From assembly GCA_029265315.1 (NCBI GenBank), contig JAJUJM010000006.1:43531-107530 (forward strand): a stretch of DNA of 64,000 nucleotides. Reading direction: 5' to 3'. A program made the position numbers and the translations under genes. Below, piece after piece: positions 1 through 9,613 of this stretch. Below the pieces are notes generated by a model, which was not told where the DNA came from, ran no database searches, and saw nothing but the letters and a program-made list of their open reading frames with translations. Each line of letters starts with the position of its first letter. The first letter of the stretch is position 1. This DNA comes from Actinomycetota bacterium. GTDB lineage: Bacteria > Actinomycetota > Coriobacteriia > Anaerosomatales > PHET01.

Positions 1-1908
1 CACGCTTGCGACGTAGGCGTCGAAGCCGGAGTCCCAGGCGGCCGAACCTATGCGCAGCCAATCGCGTTCCCGGTCGTGCTTGCGCCACACCGACACGTTG
101 GGCAGGGACCGCAGCACCGTTGGCCCCGCGGTGAGGCGTCCTGTGACCGTCACCGGCTGTTGGAAACCGGCTGTTGAGCGGTTCGTCGCGCAGCTCAGAC
201 CCGGCACGTACTTGAGCGCCACACGGCCGGCTCCGAAGATGCGGTCGACACCCGGCGTGCCCAGGTCCACCGTCTGCGCGAGAATCGATTCGGCGACTTC
301 CGAGCTGGCCATGCTGGGATCCATCTCGTGCATAAGGGCCGCGATGCCGGCTATGTGCGGGGCGGCCGCCGAGGTGCCGTTGAAGCCGCCGGACCCGTAC
401 ATTGCCGTACTCACGGCGGACGGCCCGCTCACGTCAACGCCCAGTCGTCCGTCGATGGTGGGTCCTTCAGAGGAGTAGTCCTCCTGAGCGAATCCGCTCG
501 AAGCTCGCCCGATCGCAGCGACGGACAGCACGCCCGGGGAGCGGTTGTCGGCCGGCTGGAGTATCGAACGCGAGAACGTCATCGCCTGTTTGGGGTCATC
601 CGGTCTGAAGGATGAACCATGGAAGAAGAAGAAGTCGAAGTCGACGTCGTTGCGAGACGCATTCGCCTTCCAGATGCGCCATGCGTATGTACCCGGGTCA
701 AGCGTCAGTCCGATTTCTTCGACAGGACGCCCCGTGGCGCTCTGCAGGTTGGCGGATTGAGCCACCTCGACCCACTGGGTGCCGTCCCAGCGAACGAGCT
801 GCAGGTTGAAGTCCTGAGATGCCTCGGCCCAGTCGTCCCACCACAACCACGCCTCCACCCAGCCGCGGTTTCTCGTGGTGAACTGGTTCTCCTCAAGGTT
901 CGGGGCCCAGTTGTGAAGGAAGCGGCGGATGTCGGTCTCCGGCCCCGGATTGAAGTCGCCGTGCCAGTGCTTGCGGCGGCAGTTGCCTGCCGAGGCCACG
1001 CAGGTGACCCCTGCGGCGGCCGCCTTGTCGAACGGCTCATTCACCGGCCCCGTGCCGTCGACGCGCGCCCAGCCCCACCAGCCCATCGACATGTTGATGA
1101 CATCGACCTTGTTGGAGAGCATCCAGTCGACGGCCTCTGCGATGTCGACGGGGTCGTCGACGGCGGCGATGTAGAACTCAGCGTCGGGCGCGATGTCGTG
1201 GATGACCTCCATGACCCCGGTCCCGTGGATCGAATCGTAGATGTCGGAGTCGGGTTTCGGGGGCCGCGGCGCAAGAGGGCCCGGCCACATGTGGACTCTG
1301 CTGGCGGGCGGCAGCTCTTCTCCGAGCAGCGTCTGGTAGTCGGAGAACCCTTCGTCGAGTACGCCCACGCGTACGCCGGCACCGGTGTAGCCCGGGTGGT
1401 CACTCGTCGCCGCGGAAAGGGCGCCGACGTTCACTTCCGGGAGACCCTCGCTCGTCACCGCGTCCGCTACGGACCGCGGCGGCGAGAACACGCTGCGAAC
1501 AGCGGGCTCCAGCGAGAGGCCCGGAAGCTTCGCGATGGGCACGTTCGCCATCACGTACTCGCCGGTCACGCCGGTGACCGAGCCGCCCGCGGCTTCCACG
1601 GCCCGCTGAGCCAGGGAGCGCTTCGTGGGTTGTGCCCACACGACGACCTCGACCGCATCGCCTGACACGTCGAGACGGTCGGCTCGTGCCGCGCGGACCG
1701 CGGCGGTCTGGCCGCGCGCCTCGAGGGTCGTCACGAGCTCGTCGAGTGTGGTGTCAAGCCTGCCGCGCGGGGCACGGGGGGCCGCCGACGTGTATGCGAG
1801 TCCCTCCCGCGGCCGGTCAGCGTCCGGTCGTGGCCGGGCCGATGCCGGGACAGAAGCAGCCACGACCACGGTCATGAGGAGGAGCGAGAGCGTGAACCGC
1901 CTGAACAT
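1..1908 (-). CDS. Secreted S8 (subtilisin-like) serine protease, 3' end runs off the window
   Basis: Not in the ORF track because it is open at the edge. My translation from ATG 1908 gives a signal peptide (MFRRFTLSLLLMTVVVAASVPASA) and the triad motifs GVRVGVLDEGF (Asp), HGTGV (His), SAGN (oxyanion Asn) and FNGTSAAAPHIAG (Ser). Confidence 0.9.
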   Translation of the reverse strand, partial: MFRRFTLSLLLMTVVVAASVPASARPRPDADRPREGLAYTSAAPRAPRGRLDTTLDELVTTLEARGQTAAVRAARADRLDVSGDAVEVVVWAQPTKRSLAQRAVEAAGGSVTGVTGEYVMANVPIAKLPGLSLEPAVRSVFSPPRSVADAVTSEGLPEVNVGALSAATSDHPGYTGAGVRVGVLDEGFSDYQTLLGEELPPASRVHMWPGPLAPRPPKPDSDIYDSIHGTGVMEVIHDIAPDAEFYIAAVDDPVDIAEAVDWMLSNKVDVINMSMGWWGWARVDGTGPVNEPFDKAAAAGVTCVASAGNCRRKHWHGDFNPGPETDIRRFLHNWAPNLEENQFTTRNRGWVEAWLWWDDWAEASQDFNLQLVRWDGTQWVEVAQSANLQSATGRPVEEIGLTLDPGTYAWRIWKANASRNDVDFDFFFFHGSSFRPDDPKQAMTFSRSILQPADNRSPGVLSVAAIGRASSGFAQEDYSSEGPTIDGRLGVDVSGPSAVSTAMYGSGGFNGTSAAAPHIAGIAALMHEMDPSMASSEVAESILAQTVDLGTPGVDRIFGAGRVALKYVPGLSCATNRSTAGFQQPVTVTGRLTAGPTVLRSLPNVSVWRKHDRERDWLRIGSAAWDSGFDAYVASV

Positions 1909-1970
1909 CGAGACCCCCAATCGTCAAGCGACGCTGACGTGAGTATTCCCACGGCGCGCCTGCTCGGGCG

Positions 1971-2957
1971 TCACCGCGAACGGGCGCGGCGGTACGCCTT
2001 GAACGAACGATAGTCCATCAGGTCGCTTTGGGACACAGCCAGCCCCTCGCCATCCTCGGAGGCGAGCACCACGTGGGCGAAGTGCAGCCTCATCGTCGGG
2101 TAGTGCCGTGATGCCAAGCGGTCGTGGAGCTCCACGATGGCCTCGTCGTCCCCAGGTCCATCGACCTCGCGTTCGGCGAACACGACGACGAGGTGCGGCA
2201 TCCCACCTGCGATGGAGCGCACGCCGAGTTCTTCGGGCAGGAGCCCCAACCGGATCTTCTGGGCAAGCAGTCCTTGGACCTCTGTGCAGCTCCGTCTGAC
2301 GTGTTCGCCGCAGAGCGCCTTCGCGAAGTCCGCGAGGTCATCGGCCAGTGCGGACAACCCAGCCGCTCCCCTGAGCGTTTGCCCGGGTACTCGTACGTCC
2401 ACGAACGCGAGGTCGGGCGAGGCGAAGCCCCCAGGACCGGTGACTCCATCGCTGCGCATCAGGGCCACCAGGTCGAATCTACGGCGGCCGAGCGCGTACT
2501 CGAGGTCGACGGCGACGAGTGCGTCTCGTGTGAGGTCTCCTCCCGCGTTACCGGTGGCCAACGCCGCTGAGTACGAGCGATGGTTGCGCGACTGCTCGCC
2601 CGAATCGAGCAGATCATCGACCTTCCCGCGCAGCTCATCCAGGCGACGGACGAGGTCTACGACCGCTTCGTCGTTCATGAGCGACACCTGATACGAAGGG
2701 GTGGCGTCCGTCGACTCGAGCTCGGCTTCGAACGGGGCATCACCGCCGACACGGCACAGGCTCACGCCGCGGTGGTAGAGCGCGGCCGACCGTGCCCGCA
2801 CCTCGAACCGCGTGCGGGGGTCGACCGTGGCCCAGGCGAGGACGGGCGCCAGGAATCCGCCGGCGAACGCCGCTTCCTGGGCCGGCGTCAGCAGGCGGGC
2901 CGGTCGGCTGTGCGTGCGCCAGTCGAAGGCGCGTTTCGGACGTTGCTTCTTGGTCAT
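1971..2957 (-). CDS. Hypothetical protein, possible degenerate PD-(D/E)XK nuclease fold
   Basis: Long ORF co-oriented with its neighbours; start placed at MTKKQRPKR. Contains VAVDLEY...RRFDLVAL...LAFVDVR, which resembles restriction-endonuclease-like motifs II/III. Confidence 0.55.
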   Translation of the reverse strand: MTKKQRPKRAFDWRTHSRPARLLTPAQEAAFAGGFLAPVLAWATVDPRTRFEVRARSAALYHRGVSLCRVGGDAPFEAELESTDATPSYQVSLMNDEAVVDLVRRLDELRGKVDDLLDSGEQSRNHRSYSAALATGNAGGDLTRDALVAVDLEYALGRRRFDLVALMRSDGVTGPGGFASPDLAFVDVRVPGQTLRGAAGLSALADDLADFAKALCGEHVRRSCTEVQGLLAQKIRLGLLPEELGVRSIAGGMPHLVVVFAEREVDGPGDDEAIVELHDRLASRHYPTMRLHFAHVVLASEDGEGLAVSQSDLMDYRSFKAYRRARSR

Positions 2958-3024
2958 CGCTCGTCTCGGGGGTCGGCAGCCGGGCCGCGGTGTGTGCCCA
3001 CACACTACACGCGGGTGTCGGTCT

Positions 3025-4143
3025 TCACCACTCGAGTGGTTTGCCGCTGTGCAGCGCGTCAGCCGCCCGGCGGGAGAGGTCGCTCCACTCCTGAGGAACG
3101 TCGCGAGGCACCTCTCTGTCGAGCAGGACGGCGAGTGCGCTCGCCCACATCACGGGCACCGCGTCGAACGGTTGGTAACCTCCGCCCCCGGTGCAGGCCA
3201 AGCGTCCATCGCAGACGTTGTCGGCGAGACGGACGATTCGCCCGACCGCAGCCACGAACCCGTCGGTGGAGACCCGAAGGTGCGTGAGCGGGTCACCGAC
3301 GTGCGAGTCCGCGCCGAGTTGCGCGACGATCGCGTCGGGTGCGAACGCGGCGACTGCAGGCGCCACATGGTCCTCGAGCGCGGCGAGGAGCTCGGCATCG
3401 CCCGCTCCGGGTCTCAGGGGGACGTTGAGCGCAGCTCCCTCGCCCTCGCCCCGTCCGCGGTCAGATGCGTGGCCGGTCCCAGGGAAGAGGTGGTCGCCGG
3501 ATTCGTGGACGCTGACGGTCAGCACGTCCGCGCGCTCGTAGAACGCCTCCTCGACCCCGTCGCCGTGGTGGGCGTCGATGTCGACGTAGGCGACGCGAAG
3601 CCCCGGGCGCGCGCGGACGGCGCGCTGAATGGCCACAGCCACGTCGTTGTAGACGCAGAAGCCGCTCGCTTTGTCCCGGTGTGCGTGGTGCAGGCCGCCG
3701 GCCGGGTTGAACGAGCGGGTCACGCGTCCACTGAGGACAGCCTCGAGCGCTTCGATGGTGCCACCAACGGCGAGCGCAGCGGCGTCGTGGAGTCCGTGGG
3801 CGGCGGGGGTGTCCCCGGGACCGATACCGTGTGAGTACCGGGCGGCCAGGGGATTCTGGCTTACGGCCTTGACGTGGGCGATGTAGTCCGCTGTGTGGAT
3901 CAGTTCGAGTTCGGCGTCCGTCGCCGGTCGGGGAGCAACCAGCCGGGCACGGTTCGCCTCGGCAGCCACACCGTCGTCCGCCGGTGGCTGTGCCTCGGAC
4001 CCGGCGGGTCCCGCCGACTGCACGAGGCCCCATGCGCGCGCGAGCTCGACAGCGAGCGTGAATCGCTCGGGCTGCATGGGGTGTCCGGGCCCGAAGCGAT
4101 AGCCGGCCATGGCTGACGTGTGGACCAGTTCGACGGCTGTCAT
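3025..4143 (-). CDS. acuC: Zn-dependent deacetylase, histone deacetylase/AcuC family
   Basis: HPMQPER, GGLHHA, GFCVYND, YVDIDAHHGDG, GADSH and GGGGY motifs. Confidence 0.9.
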   Translation of the reverse strand: MTAVELVHTSAMAGYRFGPGHPMQPERFTLAVELARAWGLVQSAGPAGSEAQPPADDGVAAEANRARLVAPRPATDAELELIHTADYIAHVKAVSQNPLAARYSHGIGPGDTPAAHGLHDAAALAVGGTIEALEAVLSGRVTRSFNPAGGLHHAHRDKASGFCVYNDVAVAIQRAVRARPGLRVAYVDIDAHHGDGVEEAFYERADVLTVSVHESGDHLFPGTGHASDRGRGEGEGAALNVPLRPGAGDAELLAALEDHVAPAVAAFAPDAIVAQLGADSHVGDPLTHLRVSTDGFVAAVGRIVRLADNVCDGRLACTGGGGYQPFDAVPVMWASALAVLLDREVPRDVPQEWSDLSRRAADALHSGKPLEW

Positions 4144-4442
4144 GGCTTGCTGTCCCGCTATCTTCCAGGCGTCTTTCCCGAGCAGGGATCGTGATGGCTA
4201 TGGCAGCGGCCCGCGAGTCTTGACGGCGAACGAGGCGCCCGAAACCGGCGCTCAAGGCACGTGTCCTCGTTGCCGAGTATACCCACCGCGTGATGTTCAT
4301 CGCCGCTCGTCAGCGCTCTGCAAGCGTTTGTCGTGTTAAATGCCAGCCGGCGGGTTGTTGATGAGTCCTGCACGATAAGGGCTAGAATCGTGGGGTCAGC
4401 CCGCAACGGAAGCGCTCACCACTTCGGGAAGAGGGTACCGGC

Positions 4443-4883
4443 ATGCCCATCAACTGGCGCACGGACTACGCGATTCGGCTCGTGTTCGAGATCGCGAAGA
4501 TGGAGCCCGGATCGCGCGCGACCGTGCGCGATCTCGCCGAGGCGGCATCCGTTCCGTATGACTACGCGCGCACCATCGTGCGCGACCTCGTGGCGGAGGG
4601 CGTCATGACTTCGCGCCGCGGCGTGGGCGGGGGGGTGGAACTCGCCCGGGACCGAAGCGGGATAAGCGTACTCGACGTGTTCCATGCTCTTGGCGAACCG
4701 GTCTCGCTCGCGCTGTGCACGGATGCGGGTGGTGTGTGTGGTCGCAAGGACACGTGCCCGATGCACGTGTCGATCTGGGCTGAGCTCGATCGCATGATGG
4801 AGTCTTACCTTGCAGGTGTGACCTTCGAAGACGCGGTCCGGATCGCGGCGAAGCTCCCTGCTTCCCCCGATGACTGCCGCTGA
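4443..4883 (+). CDS. Rrf2-family transcriptional regulator (Fe-S type, three C-terminal Cys)
   Basis: TDYAIR, SRRGVGGG wing, C-X6-C-X5-C (LCTDAGGVCGRKDTC). Confidence 0.88.
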   Translation: MPINWRTDYAIRLVFEIAKMEPGSRATVRDLAEAASVPYDYARTIVRDLVAEGVMTSRRGVGGGVELARDRSGISVLDVFHALGEPVSLALCTDAGGVCGRKDTCPMHVSIWAELDRMMESYLAGVTFEDAVRIAAKLPASPDDCR

Positions 4884-4918
4884 TCCCAGGTCCGGCATCA
4901 GGAGTCGTCGGAACCACG

Positions 4919-4955
4919 ACTCGGTGCGTGACCGGCTACTCGGTGCGTGACCGGC
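4919..4955. repeat. Tandem 18-bp direct repeat (ACTCGGTGCGTGACCGGC x2, period 19)
   Basis: Exact copies at 4919-4936 and 4938-4955. Confidence 0.85.
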
Positions 4956-4961
4956 GTCACA
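4946..4961. promoter_or_regulatory. Candidate CRP/GlxR-family binding site
   Basis: cGTGA-ccggcg-TCACA, 9/10 match to TGTGA-N6-TCACA, intergenic. Confidence 0.45.
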
Positions 4962-5036
4962 TGCATCGTGCGCCCGCCACTTCATCTTCGCGTCTCACAG
5001 CTCGATGATGCGTGCAGTGAGTTCGATGGGAGGTGC

Positions 5037-5807
5037 GTGGTGAGGGGGTTCACGAAGAGTCTTGCAGCGATTCTTCTCGTCGGCGTGCTCGTCGTGCCGA
5101 CGTCTGTCTTGGCCGCGCCTGCCGGGAAGTCCGGTGAGGGTTCGGGCCGCTCCGCGAGTGAGTCCCGCGGAGCATCCGGTCGTGTGGTCGACGATACCCG
5201 TGGCGGCGGCAATGGACGGGGTGTGGGCAAGAAGGCGTCCGGCAACTCGCACAAGACGACCGATGTCCAGGCCAATGGCCAGACCGGATCCGGCAAGAAG
5301 AAGGGCGCGCAACGCACCGGCAAGGCGGCACGAGGCGGGCATGGCAACAAGAAGGACGCGGCGAAGGGACCGAAGGGCTCGAGGTTGGCGAGCGCGACCG
5401 TGCAGGGTGCGACTCGGTCGGAAGATGCCTCGGGCGCACCGCGCCGTGCACGGGAGCGTTCTCGCGTGAGCTCCGGTTCCGTGGAGGCCTCCCGTTCACT
5501 CGACTCGACTCGTCCGGCACGTGGTCGCGAGAACGCGTTCGCCCGCATCACAGCGAACCTCGAGCGTGCGGCCGCTCGAGTGGCCCAAGGCACGAAGCTG
5601 GCCCTGCCTCCGGGGCTGGTTCGGGTATGGCAGCGACTTGCTGCGTGGCTCGGCGTGGATGCCTCGACCATGCCGGGCGCCACGCCGCCGGCATCGCCCC
5701 AAGGCGAAGAACCGACATCGACCACCGAGCCGACCGGGACCGTCTCTCCCACGCGGACGGTGACCCCCACCGCCCCGGTCACGGGCTCGGACATGCCCGG
5801 CTCCTGA
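5037..5807 (+). CDS. Secreted low-complexity (Gly/Lys/Ser then Pro/Thr-rich) hypothetical protein
   Basis: GGGAGG RBS before GTG 5037/5040; signal peptide (KSLAAILLVGVLVVPTSVLA); followed by a hairpin. Confidence 0.65.
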   Translation: MVRGFTKSLAAILLVGVLVVPTSVLAAPAGKSGEGSGRSASESRGASGRVVDDTRGGGNGRGVGKKASGNSHKTTDVQANGQTGSGKKKGAQRTGKAARGGHGNKKDAAKGPKGSRLASATVQGATRSEDASGAPRRARERSRVSSGSVEASRSLDSTRPARGRENAFARITANLERAAARVAQGTKLALPPGLVRVWQRLAAWLGVDASTMPGATPPASPQGEEPTSTTEPTGTVSPTRTVTPTAPVTGSDMPGS

Positions 5808-5846
5808 ATCCGGGCACGACAACACGGCCGTTCCCGCGGCCGAGAT

Positions 5847-5879
5847 AAGGGACACGGGACCGCCCACCCCGTGTCCCTT
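5847..5879 (+). terminator. Stem-loop, probable terminator
   Basis: 12-bp perfect inverted repeat AAGGGACACGGG / CCCGTGTCCCTT directly after the stop at 5807. Confidence 0.6.
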
Positions 5880-5965
5880 CTCATATCTGCGCCGGTCGCG
5901 TTTGGTTGCATGCCTCTTGCTAGACTATGCGCGATCGAGCGTCCGCCCACGAAGACCGGAGTCAC

Positions 5966-6658
5966 ATGACTGAACCATCCGCACTTCCGCGCTGGCTGCC
6001 CTCCGCGCTCGTCGCGGTCGGAGCCATCGGTGCGGCGGTATGTACGCTATCGTTCCCCGCGGTCGAGGGCCTCGGCACCAAGGTCCGCCTGCCCGTGTTC
6101 CACGGAGCCATGACGTGGGTCAACCTCGCGGCGTTCTCGCTGCTCGCTCTGCTGGCGGTGACGTTCCTCGTGACCCGGCGCGACGGACTGTACGCGTTCA
6201 TCGAGGGCCTGCGTTGGGTGGCGGTGCCGATGTGGCTCGTCGGTTCGGTGCTCGGACTTCTGGCCGCGCTCCAGACCTGGGACTTCACCGGCTCGAAGTC
6301 CTCGCCACTCGAGGTCGCAGCGGCGGACCCGAGGCTCTCGGCCCAGTTCTGGATCCTTGTGGCGGCGCTTGGGCTGCTCGCATTGGGTCTGCTCGTCGAT
6401 GAGCGGCGCCTGCTCGCCGGGGCCGACATCGGTTTCGTGGCACTGACGTGGGTGGTCATCCTGCACGCGGTCCTCGGGCCCGGACGCGCGCTGCATCCGG
6501 ACAGTCCGGTGATGAACTCAGACGAGGCGATCATCAAGCTGCTCTTCTTCGGCATCGTGGCGTCTTTGGCGGTGTCCACTCTGGCCGCCGCGTGGATCGT
6601 CGCCCGCTCCCGCTCCCGCGACGCGGGTGGACGGAAGGCGGCCGCTCAAGATGCCTGA
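5966..6658 (+). CDS. CcmC-like cytochrome c biogenesis/heme-handling membrane protein
   Basis: About six TM helices, FHGAMTWV, DPRL and LHP motifs typical of CcmC; the Trp-rich motif is degenerate. Confidence 0.65.
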   Translation: MTEPSALPRWLPSALVAVGAIGAAVCTLSFPAVEGLGTKVRLPVFHGAMTWVNLAAFSLLALLAVTFLVTRRDGLYAFIEGLRWVAVPMWLVGSVLGLLAALQTWDFTGSKSSPLEVAAADPRLSAQFWILVAALGLLALGLLVDERRLLAGADIGFVALTWVVILHAVLGPGRALHPDSPVMNSDEAIIKLLFFGIVASLAVSTLAAAWIVARSRSRDAGGRKAAAQDA

Positions 6659-7217
6659 CACCAAGCGGGCCATAGAGCAGATCCCTGATGACCTCGACTT
6701 CGAGCTTGTCGAGACGCTCTTGACCTCGCGCTCCGATGCGGAGGCGGTGCTCGCCTATGAGGTGCTACGCGGGTTGCTTCCCGAGCTCGCGGTCGTGATG
6801 CTCGCCAACCTGCGAGAGGTCATAGCGCTGCTGCCTGACGGGCCGTTCCTCACCGGGAATGGCCTGGACACACTCGAGGCTGCCGACTACGAGGCCACCG
6901 GGCGCTCGTACCGGCGCCTCTTCGAGTCCGACCACGGGGTGTTCGGACTCGAGTTCGTGGGCGAGGGCACGTTGTGCGAGGCCATCGTGGTCCACACCGC
7001 CACCAGCCGCTTCGCCCTGCATGGCGACGTGGACTCCGCGATCGACCACGAGATGTTGCTCGTCTTCGTCAGTCACCGCGTCCTGCTCGACGCGATTCTC
7101 GAAGGTCTGCAGTATCTGGGACACGTGCTCGAGCCTCCGATATACGTGACGGTCGACGACTTTCCCGCGGAGCACGGGACGGCGGCGGCGGTCAGGGCGC
7201 TCGATGACCTGTTCTGA
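6651..7217 (+). CDS. Hypothetical protein (acidic, cytoplasmic)
   Basis: Start overlaps the upstream stop (ATGCCTGA); normal codon bias; no motif recognised. Confidence 0.65.
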   Translation: MPDTKRAIEQIPDDLDFELVETLLTSRSDAEAVLAYEVLRGLLPELAVVMLANLREVIALLPDGPFLTGNGLDTLEAADYEATGRSYRRLFESDHGVFGLEFVGEGTLCEAIVVHTATSRFALHGDVDSAIDHEMLLVFVSHRVLLDAILEGLQYLGHVLEPPIYVTVDDFPAEHGTAAAVRALDDLF

Positions 7218-7264
7218 GGCGAGCGGTTGCGCTAGACTCGCAGACGACATTGTCAACAGAACAG

Positions 7265-7410
7265 GCGCCGCAGGGTGCCCCTCGGCCACCGTCTTCGCGT
7301 GGTGGAGGGGAGAATAGGGAACCCGGTGAGAATCCGGGACGGGACCCGCCACTGTGATACGGGACGCGAGCCGAAAGCCCCCGTCAGTCAGGAGACCTGC
7401 CCTGCGGTGC
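7265..7410 (+). ncRNA. Cobalamin riboswitch (compact, class II-like)
   Basis: AGGGAAcccGGTGagAaTCCgGgAC, CCCGCCACTGT and the B12 box AGTCAGGAGACCTGCC; P1 GCGCCGCAGG/CCTGCGGTGC; upstream of btuFCD. Confidence 0.93.
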
Positions 7411-7588
7411 GCGACGCGGCCTTCGAGGAGACAAGGCCGGCTCGCGGTCCGCTCATTCGCGGGCCCCGAACCGCTCCGCCACACCGGCAGACTCGAAGAC
7501 CCGCTTCTCGGACAGTTCGCGAGGGCGGGTCTTGTCGTCTTCCGCCACAGGCGTGGGCGCGTCACCGACATGAGAGAAGGAGACACGC

Positions 7589-8584
7589 ATGCCACGCCCG
7601 ATCGACCGGAACCGCCCGACACTTCGACTGCTTGCGGCACCGCGCGTCTTGCTGCTGCCGGTCTTGCTCGTCGTCGCCATGGCACTCATCGCGCTCGCGT
7701 CAGGTTGCGCGAGTGACAGGACCGACTCGGCGGGGGCACCGCCCGCGCAGACGCGGGTCGCCGCGACCAGCTACCCGCTGACCATCACGGACGATGCCAG
7801 CCGAAGCGTGACCATACAGGCCGAGCCTCAGCGCATCGTCTCGCTCGCCCCAGCCAACACGGAGATCGTCTTCGCCCTCGGTGCCGGTGACCGCTTGGTC
7901 GGGGTGACGAGTCTGGACGACTACCCGGCCGAGGTCGCCGACATACCGAAGGTCGGCGACTTCGCGGGCCCGAACATCGAAGCCGTCGCAGCCGCCGACC
8001 CGGACCTCGTCCTGGCGACGACCGGCGTGCAGAGCGATGTGATCGAGCAGTTGGAAGGGCTTGGGGCGACGGTGATCGCCATCGATCCGCAGTCGCTCGA
8101 TGGCGTCTACGAGGACATCCTCGAAGTGGCCGAGGTGGTCAACACCAAGGCCGCGGGCGAAGAGCTGGTCGCATCGATGAAGGCCACGGTGCAAGACATC
8201 GCAGACGCCGTCTCCGGCCGTGATCCGGTCACCGTGTTCATCGAGATCGCGCAAGACCCGCTGTTCACCGCCGGGCGCAACACGCTGCTCGACGAGCTCG
8301 TCACCCGCGCCGGAGGCGTGAACGTGGTCCAGGCCCAAGGGTGGGTCCCGTACTCGCCTGAGGAGGTCGTGAAGGCTGACCCGGACGTGTACCTGGCGAC
8401 GAAAGGCTCGATGTCTAACCCCGAAGACCTCGCGAAACGCCCCGGCTTCAAGGGCCTTTCGGCGGTCAAGGCCGGTCGTGTGGTGATACTCGACGACAAC
8501 CTCGTCTCGCGTCCCGGGCCACGTATCGTCTCTGGCCTTGAGGACATCGCTCGGGCGCTGCACCCCGAAGCCTTCGGTCAGTAG
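7589..8584 (+). CDS. btuF: Cobalamin ABC transporter substrate-binding lipoprotein
   Basis: Lipobox LASGC; PQRIVSLAPANTE; RPGPR; downstream of the B12 riboswitch. Confidence 0.9.
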   Translation: MPRPIDRNRPTLRLLAAPRVLLLPVLLVVAMALIALASGCASDRTDSAGAPPAQTRVAATSYPLTITDDASRSVTIQAEPQRIVSLAPANTEIVFALGAGDRLVGVTSLDDYPAEVADIPKVGDFAGPNIEAVAAADPDLVLATTGVQSDVIEQLEGLGATVIAIDPQSLDGVYEDILEVAEVVNTKAAGEELVASMKATVQDIADAVSGRDPVTVFIEIAQDPLFTAGRNTLLDELVTRAGGVNVVQAQGWVPYSPEEVVKADPDVYLATKGSMSNPEDLAKRPGFKGLSAVKAGRVVILDDNLVSRPGPRIVSGLEDIARALHPEAFGQ

Positions 8585-8590
8585 AGCGGC

Positions 8591-9613
8591 TTGCCCGGGC
8601 GGCGTCATATATCGGCGAGGGTGTCGCTCGCGGCACTCGCATGTTCACTCGCCCTCGTCATCGTCGCCGGTGTGGCGCTGGGTGCGGTCAGGGTCGCGCC
8701 CGGAGATGTGTTGGCGTCCGTGTGGCGCGCGATGACGGGGCGGGCGGACTCGCTGTATGACGCCCTCATCGTCGACGTGCGTCTGCCGCGGGTGTTGCTG
8801 GCCGCGATCGTCGGGGCTTCGCTCGCGGGGGCCGGGGCGATCTACCAAGCCCTTTTCCGCAACCCGCTGGCCGACCCCTACATCCTCGGTGTTTCGAGCG
8901 GGGCGGGCCTCGGAGCGATGCTCGCGCTCGTAGCGACCGGTGGCGCCACCGCGCTGCGCTACGGGATGGTCCCGGTCGCTGCGTTCGCCGGTGCGGTGCT
9001 GACGATGGCACTCGTCACTCGGCTGGCGTCGTGGCGCGGAAGGCTGGACACAGCCTCGCTGCTGCTCGCCGGGGTGGCGATCTCCTACACGCTCGCGGCG
9101 TTGACGTCGTTTCTGATGGTGTTCGCTCGTGAACAGATGGCCACGGTGGTCTTCTGGATGATGGGAGGGCTGGGTTCGGCTTCCTGGCCATACCTGGCCA
9201 TGGTCGGGCCCATGTTCGTTGTTGGTGCGGCGCTCGCGGTCATCTCCGCCCGCGAACTCAATCTCATGCTTCTGGGCGATGAGCGTGCGGGGCATCTCGG
9301 GCTGGATGTCGACCGCTTCAAGTTGTTCGTGCTGGCGGTAGCGTCACTGCTGACCGCAGCAGCTGTGGCGGTGGCGGGGCTCATCGGGTTCATCGGGCTC
9401 ATGGTGCCCCACGCCATCCGGCTGGTGATAGGCCCCGACCATCGCGCTCTTCTGCCTGCGTCCTTCCTCGGTGGTGGCATCGCCCTCGTCGCGGCGGACC
9501 TGGTCGCGCGCACCGTCATCGCTCCCGTTGAGGTGCCGGTGGGAATCGTCACGGCGCTGCTCGGAGGTCCGTTCTTCGTCTGGCTGCTGGTACGGGGAGA
9601 GGGCCCGCGATGA
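8591..9613 (+). CDS. btuC: Cobalamin ABC transporter permease (FecCD family)
   Basis: RLPR, FRNPLADPYILGVSSGA and GLIGFIGLMVPH motifs. Confidence 0.9.
   Translation: MPGRRHISARVSLAALACSLALVIVAGVALGAVRVAPGDVLASVWRAMTGRADSLYDALIVDVRLPRVLLAAIVGASLAGAGAIYQALFRNPLADPYILGVSSGAGLGAMLALVATGGATALRYGMVPVAAFAGAVLTMALVTRLASWRGRLDTASLLLAGVAISYTLAALTSFLMVFAREQMATVVFWMMGGLGSASWPYLAMVGPMFVVGAALAVISARELNLMLLGDERAGHLGLDVDRFKLFVLAVASLLTAAAVAVAGLIGFIGLMVPHAIRLVIGPDHRALLPASFLGGGIALVAADLVARTVIAPVEVPVGIVTALLGGPFFVWLLVRGEGPR

Noticed and set aside
50..1942. Plus-strand ORFs at 50-1942 (e.g. 619-1665)
   Set aside because: Antisense shadows of the minus-strand S8 protease, which has clear catalytic motifs.
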